A stretch of 64,000 nucleotides of DNA from the NCBI GenBank assembly GCA_000004695.1, contig CM000151.3, positions 416,001 to 480,000 on the forward strand. Reading direction: 5' to 3'. The DNA is from Dictyostelium discoideum. Its lineage: Eukaryota. Positions 1 through 11,692 of this stretch are shown here, in pieces. Within the stretch, counting starts at the first letter, position 1; each line of letters begins with the position of its first letter. The translations under genes were made by a program, and so were the position numbers. The notes beneath the pieces were generated by a model. That model was not told where the DNA came from. It searched no databases and worked only from the letters and a program-made list of their open reading frames with translations.

Positions 1-1927
1 TAAAATTTTTTTGAAATCCCAAATTAACTTTGATTTCTTTCAAATTTATGTTGATATTTGTTGGTTTTTGTTGTTGCGTTTGAATTATAATATTATTTAT
101 TAAATTATCATATTCATTTTTAAAATCATTAATTGGTATTTTAGTATTTTTGATATATAATACTATTGAATATAATTGTAAATTAAAAATATTATTTAAA
201 ATTAATTTAAATATTGATTTTAATTCATCTAATTCTTTAATTTTACTTTTATAATGTCTAATTGATGTTAATGGTGAAGAAAATATATTTTCAAATAAAT
301 ATTGATTAATTGAAATTCGTTCGTAATGAAATTCATCATTATTTAAATAAGTATTAAACGTATTTTTTTTCGTTGGTATTGGTGGCGGTGGTTGATATTG
401 TTTATTATAAGAATAAAAAATAAAATCACTATCAGTTAAAATTAAATATTTAAGTGATTTATTTTTTAATAAATTCGAAAATGTATTGATATTAAATAAA
501 CCATGACAGTCTAATTTTATTCTTTCAATTGATGTATTTAATTCTGAAAATAGTGGTTTAAAATAATTTGAAAACATTTCTTTACTTTGATTTATGGTTT
601 TAATTAAATTTTTATTTTTTTCATCATTATAGTAATCATATGAACCACTATCACCATGCTGTCTATAATAATGGAATTTAATTATATCTTCAATATTTTC
701 ATTACATAATGTTATATTTAAAAATTTTAAAGATTTACTTGAAATTAATGAATTAACCATTTCTTTTAAATTGGAGTTTACATTTTCTGAATGATATTCA
801 AAATTAAATGAATTAGTTCCAATTTCATTAAATATATCTGATAATATTGAAACTGGTTTAATTGGTATTTTGATTGTATGTAAATTTTGAAATTCACCCA
901 CTTTTATTAAATTACGAGGTTCAACGAAATCAATATCACCACTATATACTTTAATTGATTCAACTTGTTGGCCTGAATAAACTGGATTGAATAATGTTGA
1001 ATAATTGACATGTGTTTCTAAACTACAATTAATAAAATTTATATTTTTAAATTTGAAATAATTTAATACCTCGAATGAATCCTCATCATAATCATTTTCA
1101 CTTCTAGGTCCATTAATAACTATATTATTAAAACTTAATTCTGTTTGATGATTATTATAGCTTTTATTTATAATATTTTTAATACCATTAATGGTATCTT
1201 CAAGAAGCTCATTTCTAATTTCCATCTCTCTAATATTTAATTCTAAAATTTCAAATAACTTGTATAGTTTATCTTTTTGTTCTTTCGTCATTGTTGATAC
1301 ATATTTAAATATTTCAAATAAAATATCTTGTTTTTTGTCCCCATTTTCATCATAATCTAATACTTCGAAATTAACTAAAATTCTATTATAAATTAATTGA
1401 CCATTTTCAAACTGATTATGAATCGCCTTAAAATCATCAATTGTAATATTATGAAAAAATAAATTCAAACTAAAATAATCATTAATTATCGATTCTTTAA
1501 TTTTAATTATTGAAAATTCATTATTATAATTAATTTTATATAATTTCCTTCTACCATCTTCAAATGTTGAATTAAATATATTATTTTTATTATACTGATT
1601 TTCTTCTTTATTATATATAATATCATTTTTATTAAGGAATGATTCTTTAAAATAATTAATTTTTAACCAATGTTTAAATGATTTATTATTAATAATATTA
1701 TTTGAAATTATTAATGATATAAAATTAAACCATTTTTTTGAAACTAATATATAATTTAATAATTCGTTTCTATTTTTAAAAAATTTAATAAATTTAAATT
1801 GGTTATTATTTTTATTTTTATTACTTTTTAATAAATAATCAATAATTAATTTTAAAATTTCAAAATCAATTATATCTTGAAATATTTTAAAATTATTATC
1901 AACTTTAATTTTTTCAATTGATGACAT
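1..1927 (-). CDS. Hypothetical protein, 5' part only. The frame opens at an ATG at 1927..1925 and stays open for about 640 codons to window position 1, so the gene continues beyond the left edge. Asn/Ile/Lys-rich, no recognised domain.
   Basis: Manual reverse-complement translation from ATG (revcomp of 'cat' 1925-1927) showed no stop over ~1.9 kb in AT-rich DNA, where TAA/TAG normally occur every few codons. The sequence is protein-like: ...NINFINCSLETHVNYSTLFNPVYSGQQVESIKVYSGDIDFVEP... It is absent from the ORF track, presumably because it has no in-window stop. Confidence 0.55.
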   Translation of the reverse strand, partial: MSSIEKIKVDNNFKIFQDIIDFEILKLIIDYLLKSNKNKNNNQFKFIKFFKNRNELLNYILVSKKWFNFISLIISNNIINNKSFKHWLKINYFKESFLNKNDIIYNKEENQYNKNNIFNSTFEDGRRKLYKINYNNEFSIIKIKESIINDYFSLNLFFHNITIDDFKAIHNQFENGQLIYNRILVNFEVLDYDENGDKKQDILFEIFKYVSTMTKEQKDKLYKLFEILELNIREMEIRNELLEDTINGIKNIINKSYNNHQTELSFNNIVINGPRSENDYDEDSFEVLNYFKFKNINFINCSLETHVNYSTLFNPVYSGQQVESIKVYSGDIDFVEPRNLIKVGEFQNLHTIKIPIKPVSILSDIFNEIGTNSFNFEYHSENVNSNLKEMVNSLISSKSLKFLNITLCNENIEDIIKFHYYRQHGDSGSYDYYNDEKNKNLIKTINQSKEMFSNYFKPLFSELNTSIERIKLDCHGLFNINTFSNLLKNKSLKYLILTDSDFIFYSYNKQYQPPPPIPTKKNTFNTYLNNDEFHYERISINQYLFENIFSSPLTSIRHYKSKIKELDELKSIFKLILNNIFNLQLYSIVLYIKNTKIPINDFKNEYDNLINNIIIQTQQQKPTNININLKEIKVNLGFQKNF

Positions 1928-2579
1928 TGTGTATTGATTAAAAAAAAAAAAAAAAATGAAAAAAAAAAAAAAAAAAAAAATTGGTTTTGGTGGTTTGCAA
2001 TTTTTTCAAAAAAATAAAAAAAAAATAAAAAAAATGAAAAAAAAATAAAAAAAAAATAAAAAAATTAAAATCGATTAATTTTATCACTATATTATATATA
2101 TATTCAAAAAATAATATAGTGATAAATTAATTAAAAATAAAAAAAAAATTTAATAACCATACCAGGTGAACAATAAAATCAAAATTATTCTTTCAAATAA
2201 AAATAAAAAATAAAAAATCATGTAATTCAGTTTTTATTAAAAAAAAAAAAAAAATAAAAAAAATAAAAAAAAATCTAATCGAACCAATTAATTGAAATTA
2301 CGAAATAATCTCCACTATCTGGGAACTCTTATCCCAAATTACATTTTTTGTGGTTTTATAAAAAAAAAAATGAAAAAAAAAAAAAGGAAAAAAATAAAAA
2401 AATCTTTTTTTTTTCACAAAATCTTAACAAATCAAAAAAAGTTTTATTTATTTTTTTTAAAATAAAATTTATTTTCATCAGAAAAAAAAAAAAAAAAAGT
2501 TTATTTTTATTTTTTTATTTATTTTTTTTTTTTTTTTTCTGATCAAACATTTTTTCTCAAAATAAAAAAAAAAATAAAA

Positions 2580-5500
2580 ATGAAAGTAATAAATATAATT
2601 TTATTAATAATTTTATTTATTATTAATTGTGAAAATGTAAAATCGATTGATTGTTCATACAAACCAGAAATGATTAAAATTAATTCTTGTAGTCTTCAAG
2701 CAAGTTTGGAAGTACAAGATCAATATTATTCATTTGAAAATGTATATATTGAACCATTTTTACTACCAATTAATAGTGAAAATTCTTTTTATTATAATTT
2801 AAATAATGGTATTGAATATACTTTAAATATTCAAAACAAGGGTTGTAATAATAATGTAACAGAAAAATTTAAACCAACTGGAATGTACTATGAATTAATT
2901 ACTCAACCAAAATGTATGAATACTTTATTTAAATTTAATCTTTTTTATTATTACCTCAATGGAAGTTCAATTACAATCTCGACAAAACAAGGTAATTTAG
3001 AATATTATAATTATGATAAATCATGTAAGGCTAATTTTGTAATTGTTCCTCAAAGTGTAACAAATGGTGTTGTTCAAAATGGTGCTGTGAAAATAGTTAA
3101 TCCAACATGTGGTTTCAACAATGGTAGTATAACTGTTGACTTGACAAAAGGCTATTCAAATGTCCGTTTATTCCGTTTCAATGAAGGTGAATTAGATGAT
3201 GAAGTTCAACCAAGTAATATACCAGGTTCATTTTTGAATTTACCTTATAATAGTTATGTGATTTCTGTAGAATCTGAAGAATGTGGTAATGAAATTGTAA
3301 ATATTGAACTTATTAATACTTTACCTACATTAAATGTTGAAATTAAAGAAGTTCCAAACTTTTTTGAAGATTCAACTTTTTCATTTTCATTATCATCTGG
3401 AGAACAAGGAATTTTAAATAGTACAAATGCTTTTGTTTTCGTTAATGAAAATGACGATGAGCCTATAAGTAATTGGACAGATTATACTGCCCGTTTCACA
3501 AGTGGAACTTTAGAATATGGTTATTATTATAATGTTGATTTTTTACCAGGCAATGAAAAATCATGTGAAACATTCGAATATGTAAATGGAGTGATTCCAG
3601 CATCCGTATTAAAGTATACAATTACAAAACATGGTGATAGTTGTTTAAATGACCTCCTATTGACAGTTTATCAATTTTCCAATAACCCAATTTCTTTGTA
3701 TGATTTCAATGCTGATAGTATGATGACATTTGGGGATGGTGGTAATACAACAGTTATACCATATAATAGAGATTTTTCATTACAAGAGAAATATGCAGGC
3801 CCAACCCAATACTTTTCAACCGTATATAAAGTTCCAACTTATTCACTTGTTGAAACGACAAAAGGAGGTTTAACTGGATGTTGGAGAACTTTTAATATTA
3901 CAATTAATGACTATGAAAGTTTAGGTGATCTAGAATTAGAATTTAATTACAAAACTGATTCTATTTACTATCCAGTAGATGGTGTTTTTATTGATATTCC
4001 AAGTGGTCCTTATAGAATCTCCTATTTTGTTGGAGATTGTGATACTAAATCATATTTCACTATTTTAAATTCTAAAGAAGATGAATGTAATCAAGATGTT
4101 ATATCCACTTCATATAGAATTCTTCAAAATGCTACATGTTCGGAACCTTATGAAGTTGAATTTACAGCATCAACTCCACTTGGTTTGGTTAGTTATAACT
4201 TGAGTGTTTATTCTCTTTCCCATGTTGATGATAGATATGAATTTCCAAATAGTTTAGCTTATGTTGATGTATTATATTATAATCCAAATACTTTAATTTG
4301 GGATGATAAAGAATTTAATATATCTATTGGACATGATGCAAAATGTTCATTCACATATGGTACAATAGAATTAGAAATACCAAATGATCCATATAATCCA
4401 AATATACAATATAATGTAAAAAACGTTTTTGGTAATGATGGTAAACCACTAAGAAGTGCTGGTCCAGGTTTAAATTATTTAATACCACCTGGTGAGAATA
4501 ATTTAATCGTTCAATATTTTTATGGTGGTAATTATAATAACATATGTTATAAATCAAAATCAGTTAACATTAATGCTGAAATATCAATTAAACCACAATA
4601 TACTTCAAATGCTAATACCGATTGTCAAACACCAAATGGTAAAATCATTATATCAAATTATCAAGCATTTACTAATATTACAATTGAATTATCAGATCAA
4701 CAATCATTCATAATTGCAGTTAATGGTGAATTAACCAATCTTAAAGGTGGTGATTACAATGTTTTCTTTGAATCAGAATCATGTAGTGGTTTTGTTACTA
4801 TCAATGTCCCAACATCTGAAGATAATGTTGAAATTGAAACATCAATACTTCAAAATCCATCATGCCTTGTATATTTCTCTCCAGGTAATTCCGATGGTAA
4901 AATTAAAGTTAATGTTAAAAAAGATGGTGTACAATTAGACAATTTAATAGTTTCAGATTTAGCTGATTCACATTCAGATAATAATGTTTTTATTGGTGGA
5001 AAGGTTGGTTTAAATTCATTAATGATTAAATCAGGTAATTGCACTTGGTATAGAGATGTCAATGTTGAAAAAATTGATGGCCCAATGTTTTCACTTGAAA
5101 CTCTACTCAATGAAAGTTGTGGTTGGCCAAATGTTTATAAATTAAATATTGGAAATCCAAATGTCGTCATTAAACAGACTAGTTATTCCGATAGTAATAA
5201 AAACTTTTATCAAGGTTCCTATTATTTTGTATTGTCAAGTAGTACTTCCTATTCCCTTCTACTTCAATGGAGTACAATTTGTTCAGAAAGTTTTAATATA
5301 CCAGCAAAAAATAATATTCAAGATTATCAAGAATATCCAATTCAATATGAAATTGTAAAAGCTGATAATTGTCATTCATTGAAAATTGATATTATTATTA
5401 AAAATATGAATGAATTTTCAACAATGTCAATTTTTAGTAGAGTACCAGAATCAATTAATTCAACACATGCAATTTTCAGAAATTTACCACCAAATAAATA

Positions 5501-6227
5501 TTACAATGTTGAGTATTTAAAAACTAAACCTTATTGTTATTCTTATCAACAAATTGGTGAATATGAAATTTCAAGTGGTTTAACAAAAGAATCTTTAAAA
5601 ATTAAAAAATCAAATGATATGTGTCATAACGGTATTGGTAAAATTGAAATTCAAACTCCATTGGATACTGATAATTATTATTATTCAATGCAAAAGATTA
5701 ATGGTTTAATGTCAGGTGGTTACGAAACAAATACTCATCTCACTAATGATAATGCTGATCAAGTTTTATCAAATTTACCAAATGGTATCTATTATATTAC
5801 TCGTATTTGTAAATCAATTTTAAATTGTTACATTAGAGAAAAGGTTGAAATTATAAGTGAAAATCCATCAATTCAATCAATTACAATTAATCACTCGTAT
5901 AGTAATAAAAACAATGGTACTGTAGAAATTAAATTAAATTATAATACAACTAAATCTGTAACTTTTGAAATCGTAAATACTCAATTATCAAATAATAATG
6001 GTATTTTCTCAAATTTATCTCCAAACAATTATCAAATTAAAATCACTATCACTGATAGAATGTGTCCTGTAACTTTATATGAAAATTTCAGTATCAATTC
6101 AATTCCAACACCAAAACCTGTAGATCCATCTAAAGATCCATCTGATGAACTTTCAACTTCAACTTTAATTCAAATTAATCATTTATTATTATTATTAATT
6201 ATTTTAATTTTAACAATTATTATTTAA
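2580..6227 (+). CDS. Large secreted/cell-surface glycoprotein, paralogue A (1215 aa). It has an N-terminal signal peptide (MKVINIILLIILFIINCENVKS), many N-x-S/T sequons, a periodic Cys motif (NPTCGFNNGSITV, CQTPNGKIIISNYQAF, NPSCLVYFSPGNSDGKIKV, MCHNGIGKIEIQTP, MCPVTLYENFSI) and a C-terminal hydrophobic tail (LLLLIILILTIII) consistent with a GPI signal or TM anchor.
   Basis: Single long ORF with AAAATG start. Signal peptide and C-terminal hydrophobic segment read directly from the translation. Clear paralogy to 6622..10584. Confidence 0.8.
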   Translation: MKVINIILLIILFIINCENVKSIDCSYKPEMIKINSCSLQASLEVQDQYYSFENVYIEPFLLPINSENSFYYNLNNGIEYTLNIQNKGCNNNVTEKFKPTGMYYELITQPKCMNTLFKFNLFYYYLNGSSITISTKQGNLEYYNYDKSCKANFVIVPQSVTNGVVQNGAVKIVNPTCGFNNGSITVDLTKGYSNVRLFRFNEGELDDEVQPSNIPGSFLNLPYNSYVISVESEECGNEIVNIELINTLPTLNVEIKEVPNFFEDSTFSFSLSSGEQGILNSTNAFVFVNENDDEPISNWTDYTARFTSGTLEYGYYYNVDFLPGNEKSCETFEYVNGVIPASVLKYTITKHGDSCLNDLLLTVYQFSNNPISLYDFNADSMMTFGDGGNTTVIPYNRDFSLQEKYAGPTQYFSTVYKVPTYSLVETTKGGLTGCWRTFNITINDYESLGDLELEFNYKTDSIYYPVDGVFIDIPSGPYRISYFVGDCDTKSYFTILNSKEDECNQDVISTSYRILQNATCSEPYEVEFTASTPLGLVSYNLSVYSLSHVDDRYEFPNSLAYVDVLYYNPNTLIWDDKEFNISIGHDAKCSFTYGTIELEIPNDPYNPNIQYNVKNVFGNDGKPLRSAGPGLNYLIPPGENNLIVQYFYGGNYNNICYKSKSVNINAEISIKPQYTSNANTDCQTPNGKIIISNYQAFTNITIELSDQQSFIIAVNGELTNLKGGDYNVFFESESCSGFVTINVPTSEDNVEIETSILQNPSCLVYFSPGNSDGKIKVNVKKDGVQLDNLIVSDLADSHSDNNVFIGGKVGLNSLMIKSGNCTWYRDVNVEKIDGPMFSLETLLNESCGWPNVYKLNIGNPNVVIKQTSYSDSNKNFYQGSYYFVLSSSTSYSLLLQWSTICSESFNIPAKNNIQDYQEYPIQYEIVKADNCHSLKIDIIIKNMNEFSTMSIFSRVPESINSTHAIFRNLPPNKYYNVEYLKTKPYCYSYQQIGEYEISSGLTKESLKIKKSNDMCHNGIGKIEIQTPLDTDNYYYSMQKINGLMSGGYETNTHLTNDNADQVLSNLPNGIYYITRICKSILNCYIREKVEIISENPSIQSITINHSYSNKNNGTVEIKLNYNTTKSVTFEIVNTQLSNNNGIFSNLSPNNYQIKITITDRMCPVTLYENFSINSIPTPKPVDPSKDPSDELSTSTLIQINHLLLLLIILILTIII

Positions 6228-6621
6228 AAAATAAATAATTAAATAAATTTTTCAATTTTCTATTGAAAAAAAAAAATGTTTATATCTTTTTGTTGAAAAT
6301 CAAAATTAAATAAAAAATTAAAAAATTAAAAAAATCTGAGGTGGGTGATACAACCACTCTTGTCACATCACACCAACACCCTTTAAAAAAAAAAAATAAA
6401 ATAAAAAAAAAAAATAAAAAAAAAAAAAAAAAAAACAAATTAAATTTTTATTAAAATTTAAACCACTAACACAATAACAATAACAACAACAAAAATAAAC
6501 CACTACCACAACAACAAAAAACAAAAAAACTTAAAAAACTAAAAAAATAAAAATTAAATTTTAATTACATGTAATTTAACTTTTTTAATTCAAAAAGATA
6601 TATATAAAAAAAAAAGATATA

Positions 6622-9600
6622 ATGAAATTGTACAAATATATTTTATTTTACATATTTTATATAATTATAAATAGAGAAATAAATGTTGTAAAATCAGTAA
6701 ATCAATGTACATCACCAATACTAGATCTAATAATAAAAGATTCATGTGGTTTAGATAGTTCAAAATTAATTATAAATCAAGATGATTTTTCATTACTTGA
6801 TATTATAAATTTATCACAATTATCACCACCACAACAAAAGCCACTACTACAACCAACTTATAATATAAATAATAAAGCATTTGAATGGAATTTAATTGAT
6901 GGTATAGATTATTTAATTGAATATAGATATAAGGGATGTAATGGTAATGGTTATACTAATAAACAAATTGTGAAATCAAATGGAATGTATTATAAACTTA
7001 AAACTCAACCATTATGTTTATACACTCAATTTAATTTTACAATTTATAATTTTAATTCATATGGTGATTCAAAAGAATTTCAAGCAACACCTTCAAATAT
7101 AAAAATTTCAAATCAAGATAATACATGTACACTCAATTTCTTCATTACTCCAATTAGTATAACAAAAGGTGCACTTCAAAATAACATTATATCATACACC
7201 CATCCAACATGTGGTTTTAAAAATGGTACAATTTCAATCACAATTCCCAAATCATCATCATTTTCAAATTATCATTTATTTTTTAAAAATGATTTAAATT
7301 TACAAAATGAAATTAAATCTATATCACCTTCAACCACAGATACAGAAACAGAAACAGAAACAGAAATGGAAACAACTATAAAATATATAAATTTAGATTC
7401 AGATGAATATTTAGTTTTTATAGATTCAGATGAATGTGGAAGAGAGAAAATTAAAATTAAACTTGATAATGTTTATCCACAAATTAATTTAGAATTAAAT
7501 CATTTTTCAAATAGTTTTTATAATAATTCAATAATGTCATTCAATGATAATCAATCATCAATTAATTTTAATAAATCAAATTTAGTATTATTTTATGGTT
7601 CACAAAATTCAAAATTTATAAAAAAAGTACAACAACAACAATTGAAAAATGATAATTTTCAAGATGTTTTTTATAAGGATTTAACTTTTGGTTATTATTA
7701 TAATAAAGATTTATCAATTAATCCAACTAACCAATTATTACCATCAATTTGTATATTTCAACAATATAGTAGTAATACAAGATCATTACCACAAATTAAT
7801 TATACAATAATAAATGGAGGTGATGAAAATAATAGTTGTTTAAATATGATTAAAATTGAAATTAACTCATTATATGGAGAAAATGATGAAATTATATTAA
7901 CGTCAATTACTGATAATTTAATTTACAAAATTGAAAAATTAAATATTAGTAATAATAATAATAATTATTATTATTATTATCAATCATATATTCCATACAA
8001 TAATGAATTTAAAATTACTTCTTTAATTGGTAAAGGTGATATTTATTTTTCAACAATTTATAAAAAACTAACTTATAAAATAATTGAAACTTCATCAATT
8101 GAACAAATTGGGTGTTGGAAAACATTTAATATTACAATTTATGATTTTCAAGATTATAAAGATTTAAAATTAATTGGTTCAAATGAAGTACTAATTTATC
8201 CATCAGTTGAAGGTGTATTTATAAATGTACCTTCAAATCAATTAACATTATCCTATTATTACGGTGACTGTATTACAGAGTCAAGAATTAATATTGCTAT
8301 AAATGATAATGATCATTCAAATTTTGGTTTACATTCAGATTATAATCCATTAGATAATGTTAAAATTGATTATTCAATAATTAAAAACTCAACTTGTTTT
8401 ACACCAGCCATTATCCAATATTCAGTAAATTCACCACTTGGCATTTTAAATGGTACTTTTGAAACTGACGATGAATATGAAAATTTTATAAAATTTCCAA
8501 ATTCACTTTGTTTTATACCATTATCATATTCAACACCAAATACAACACCAACTACATCACCAACTACAACAACATCAATACCTATTGATTTTAGTTATAA
8601 AGTAATTAAAACCCCATCTTGTTCAATTGATCAGTCAGGTTTAATTTCAATAAGATTAAATGATAGAAACTTTGTTAATTCAAATTTAATTTATAAAATT
8701 GAAAGTAATGGTGAAATTTTAATTCAACATCCATCAAACCATAATAATTATTTCATTAAATCTGGTGAAAATAAAATTAAAATTACTTTAAAAATTGGTA
8801 ATAAATTTTGTGTATCATCAATACAAAAATCAATTAATATTCCAAAGATAAATTCAATTAATCCAAAAGTTTTAATTACACCAATTACAAATTGTGAAAA
8901 TTCAAATGGTAAAATTGAAATTTTAAATTATCAAGAATTTACAACAATTGAATTATATTCAATAATTAATAATAAACTTTTAAATTCAATCAATAATGGT
9001 AGTACATTTTATAATCTTGAATCTTCAAACTATATATTAAATTTTAAATCACTAATTTGTTCAGGTTCAATAATAGTTAATGTACCATCATCATCTTCAT
9101 CAAATGATAAAAATAGTAAATATAAAATTACACCAACTATAATTCGTAATCCAACTTGTAGTAATGGTAATAGTTATTCAGATGGTAGAATTGGTATATC
9201 ATTGATTAAAGATGGTAATAAAATTAATAATTTTACAATTTCAAATATTAATGATAATCATAATTATTATTTTACAAATGGTATTTATGAAATTGCAACA
9301 GTTGGTTTAAATCAGTTAATAATTAAATATGGTTCATGTAAGTGGTATGAAAATATTACATTAGAATTTGATGATCCTAAATTCAAAATTCAAAATTTAT
9401 TTAATCAAACATGTGGTTTCAATTATAATTTATATAAAATCATTTCAAATAATTCAAATGTTCAAATTAATAAAATTACCTATGTCACTGCTACTGATTA
9501 TACAAATTATCAAAATGAACATTTTATTTCAAATCCTTTTAGATTCCCATTAATTTATACAATTCGTTGGAATGATTTATGTGAAAATACATTCACACAA

Positions 9601-10584
9601 TATTATGATATTAATAATAATAATGATATAAATAATCAACAAATTAATGTAAAATATGAAATTGTTTATCCAAATGATTGTTTATCAAGTTCATCATCAT
9701 CACCATCATTCAAATTTGATATTATTATTAAAAATATGAATTCATTTAAATCATTACTTTTATATGGTAGAGTTCCAACAATATCAATAAATTCAACTCA
9801 TTCAATTTTTAAAAATGTTGTACCTTCAGAAACATATGAATTCACTTATACTTCATTGTATGGTTGTGATGGTATTTTTTATATTTATAAAGACGATTTA
9901 CCAAAAACAAATGTTAATCAAAAATTAGATATTAAAATTACAAATGATATTTGTCATTCTGGTCTTGGTTCAATTCAATTTTCAAATTTTGATAATGATA
10001 ATTATTATTATTATTTAAGATCATTGAAATTAAACTATAAAGAAAATGATAATGATGTCGATCATTCATATAGTATACCAATTTATAATGCCAATAATAA
10101 TAATAATTATAATAATAATATTAGTAATAATAATAATAATTACACATTCAATTTAAAAGTTGGAACTTATAATATTTATCGTGGTTGTAAATCAATGATT
10201 AATTGTATAATTGATGAAAAAATAACAATTGGTAATGATGATCCAGTAATTGAATCAATCAATCTTTTAGATTCTTTTAATAGTTCAAAAAATGGTTCTG
10301 TCGAGGTTAAATTAAATTTCAATTCATCATTTCCAATTGTTTATGAAATCGTTGGAACAAAATTTTCAAATTTAAATGATGGTAAATTTTTAAATTTACC
10401 ACCAAATTCATATGAATTAAAAATAATTATCACTGATAAAATGTGTCCAATCGTCTTGACAAAGAACTTCACCATTAATTTAATTCCAACCGAGAAAACA
10501 AATAGACAACCTTCAAATTCAACTATTCTAAAATTTAATTACTTATTATTTTTAATTGGATTTTTAATTATAATTATTTTTTAA
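6622..10584 (+). CDS. Large secreted/cell-surface glycoprotein, paralogue B (1320 aa). Same architecture as 2580..6227. Shared blocks include YTHPTCGFKNGTISI, DSDECGREKIKIKL, GCWKTFNITIYDF, CENSNGKIEILNYQEF, NPTCSNGNSYSDGRIGISLIKDG, DIIIKNMN and MCPIVLTKNFTINLIPTEK, with a C-terminal hydrophobic anchor. Contains an in-frame (ACAGAA)n repeat coding (TE)n and a poly-Thr/Pro stalk.
   Basis: Single long ORF. Colinear motif-by-motif similarity to the upstream gene, so this is a tandem duplicate in the same orientation. Confidence 0.8.
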   Translation: MKLYKYILFYIFYIIINREINVVKSVNQCTSPILDLIIKDSCGLDSSKLIINQDDFSLLDIINLSQLSPPQQKPLLQPTYNINNKAFEWNLIDGIDYLIEYRYKGCNGNGYTNKQIVKSNGMYYKLKTQPLCLYTQFNFTIYNFNSYGDSKEFQATPSNIKISNQDNTCTLNFFITPISITKGALQNNIISYTHPTCGFKNGTISITIPKSSSFSNYHLFFKNDLNLQNEIKSISPSTTDTETETETEMETTIKYINLDSDEYLVFIDSDECGREKIKIKLDNVYPQINLELNHFSNSFYNNSIMSFNDNQSSINFNKSNLVLFYGSQNSKFIKKVQQQQLKNDNFQDVFYKDLTFGYYYNKDLSINPTNQLLPSICIFQQYSSNTRSLPQINYTIINGGDENNSCLNMIKIEINSLYGENDEIILTSITDNLIYKIEKLNISNNNNNYYYYYQSYIPYNNEFKITSLIGKGDIYFSTIYKKLTYKIIETSSIEQIGCWKTFNITIYDFQDYKDLKLIGSNEVLIYPSVEGVFINVPSNQLTLSYYYGDCITESRINIAINDNDHSNFGLHSDYNPLDNVKIDYSIIKNSTCFTPAIIQYSVNSPLGILNGTFETDDEYENFIKFPNSLCFIPLSYSTPNTTPTTSPTTTTSIPIDFSYKVIKTPSCSIDQSGLISIRLNDRNFVNSNLIYKIESNGEILIQHPSNHNNYFIKSGENKIKITLKIGNKFCVSSIQKSINIPKINSINPKVLITPITNCENSNGKIEILNYQEFTTIELYSIINNKLLNSINNGSTFYNLESSNYILNFKSLICSGSIIVNVPSSSSSNDKNSKYKITPTIIRNPTCSNGNSYSDGRIGISLIKDGNKINNFTISNINDNHNYYFTNGIYEIATVGLNQLIIKYGSCKWYENITLEFDDPKFKIQNLFNQTCGFNYNLYKIISNNSNVQINKITYVTATDYTNYQNEHFISNPFRFPLIYTIRWNDLCENTFTQYYDINNNNDINNQQINVKYEIVYPNDCLSSSSSSPSFKFDIIIKNMNSFKSLLLYGRVPTISINSTHSIFKNVVPSETYEFTYTSLYGCDGIFYIYKDDLPKTNVNQKLDIKITNDICHSGLGSIQFSNFDNDNYYYYLRSLKLNYKENDNDVDHSYSIPIYNANNNNNYNNNISNNNNNYTFNLKVGTYNIYRGCKSMINCIIDEKITIGNDDPVIESINLLDSFNSSKNGSVEVKLNFNSSFPIVYEIVGTKFSNLNDGKFLNLPPNSYELKIIITDKMCPIVLTKNFTINLIPTEKTNRQPSNSTILKFNYLLFLIGFLIIIIF

Positions 10585-11491
10585 ATATTTAAAAAAAAAA
10601 AAAAAAAATAAGATATATAAAATAAATAATATAAATACATAAACAAAAAAAAAAAAAAATCCCATAGTTTTGTAAAATAAAAAAAAAAAAAAAAAAAAAT
10701 CAATATTCAAAACAGATAAAATTTAAAATAATATATAATTATTAAGAGCTATTTGTATTAAATTATAAAAAATTAAAAAGTTTAAAAAAGTTTTTTTAAT
10801 TTTGAATTAATGATAACTAAATTTAAATTACTATAGTAAATTGGGAATTAAAAAAAAAAAAAAAATTTATTTAGTTTGACTAAATAAAAAAATATTCTTT
10901 TATTAAAAAAAACCAATCAACAATCTGTTTAATAAAAGGAAGAATATTAAAAGTCTAAAAAAAGAGTTTTTTTTTTTTAATTATTATTAAATTATAATAA
11001 ATTTCAATTATTTTAAGATTACCAAATAAAAAAAACCATCCAAAAAATCTTAAACTCTGGACAATACAGCCCAAATGGCTTTTAAAAAAAATAATAAAAT
11101 TATTTATTTAAAAAAAAAAAATAATTCTTTTTTTTTATATTATTTTTTTTTTTTTTTATTCTTTGTAATAAAAACAGATAATTGATAAGATACGCTGAAA
11201 CTCTTTTTTTTTTATTCTTTTTTATTCTTTGTAATATTCTTTTGTTATATTAAAATCAAAAAACCGAATCTGTTTCGAAATAAACAATACGATATGTATA
11301 AAAAAAGTTTTTTTTTTTTTTTTTTCTATTCATTTTTTTATTCTTTTTTTTTTTTTTTTCTATTCATTTTTTTCTAATTATTTTATTCTTTGTAATATTC
11401 TTTTTTCCTTTTAAAAAAAAAATATCTAAAAAAAAAAAAAAAAAAAGTAGATTTTACCCAAGACCCACAGATTTCGAAAAACAGTTATTTG

Positions 11492-11526
<35 letters not shown>

Positions 11527-11654
11527 AAACTTTAAAAATAAGAAACGAAAAAAAAAATGACATTTTTGATTTGATATCTTTTTTTTCGTAAAAATAAGAA
11601 AAATAAAACAAATCAAAAAAAAAAAAAAAAAAATTTTTATTATCAATTATTTCA

Positions 11655-11689
<35 letters not shown>

Positions 11690-11692
<3 letters not shown>

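Noticed and set aside
2348-2542. Short Lys/Phe-rich ORFs inside poly(A)/poly(T) intergenic DNA (2348..2542, 13732..13944, 23378..23587, 23860..24096, 24104..24295, 26271..26492, 35278..35598, 47583..47660 leader, 51439..51762, 55644..55841, 62158..62346, 62439..62630, 62771..63055, 63177..63374).
   Set aside because: Pure homopolymer translation (AAA = Lys, TTT = Phe). No start context and no codon bias.
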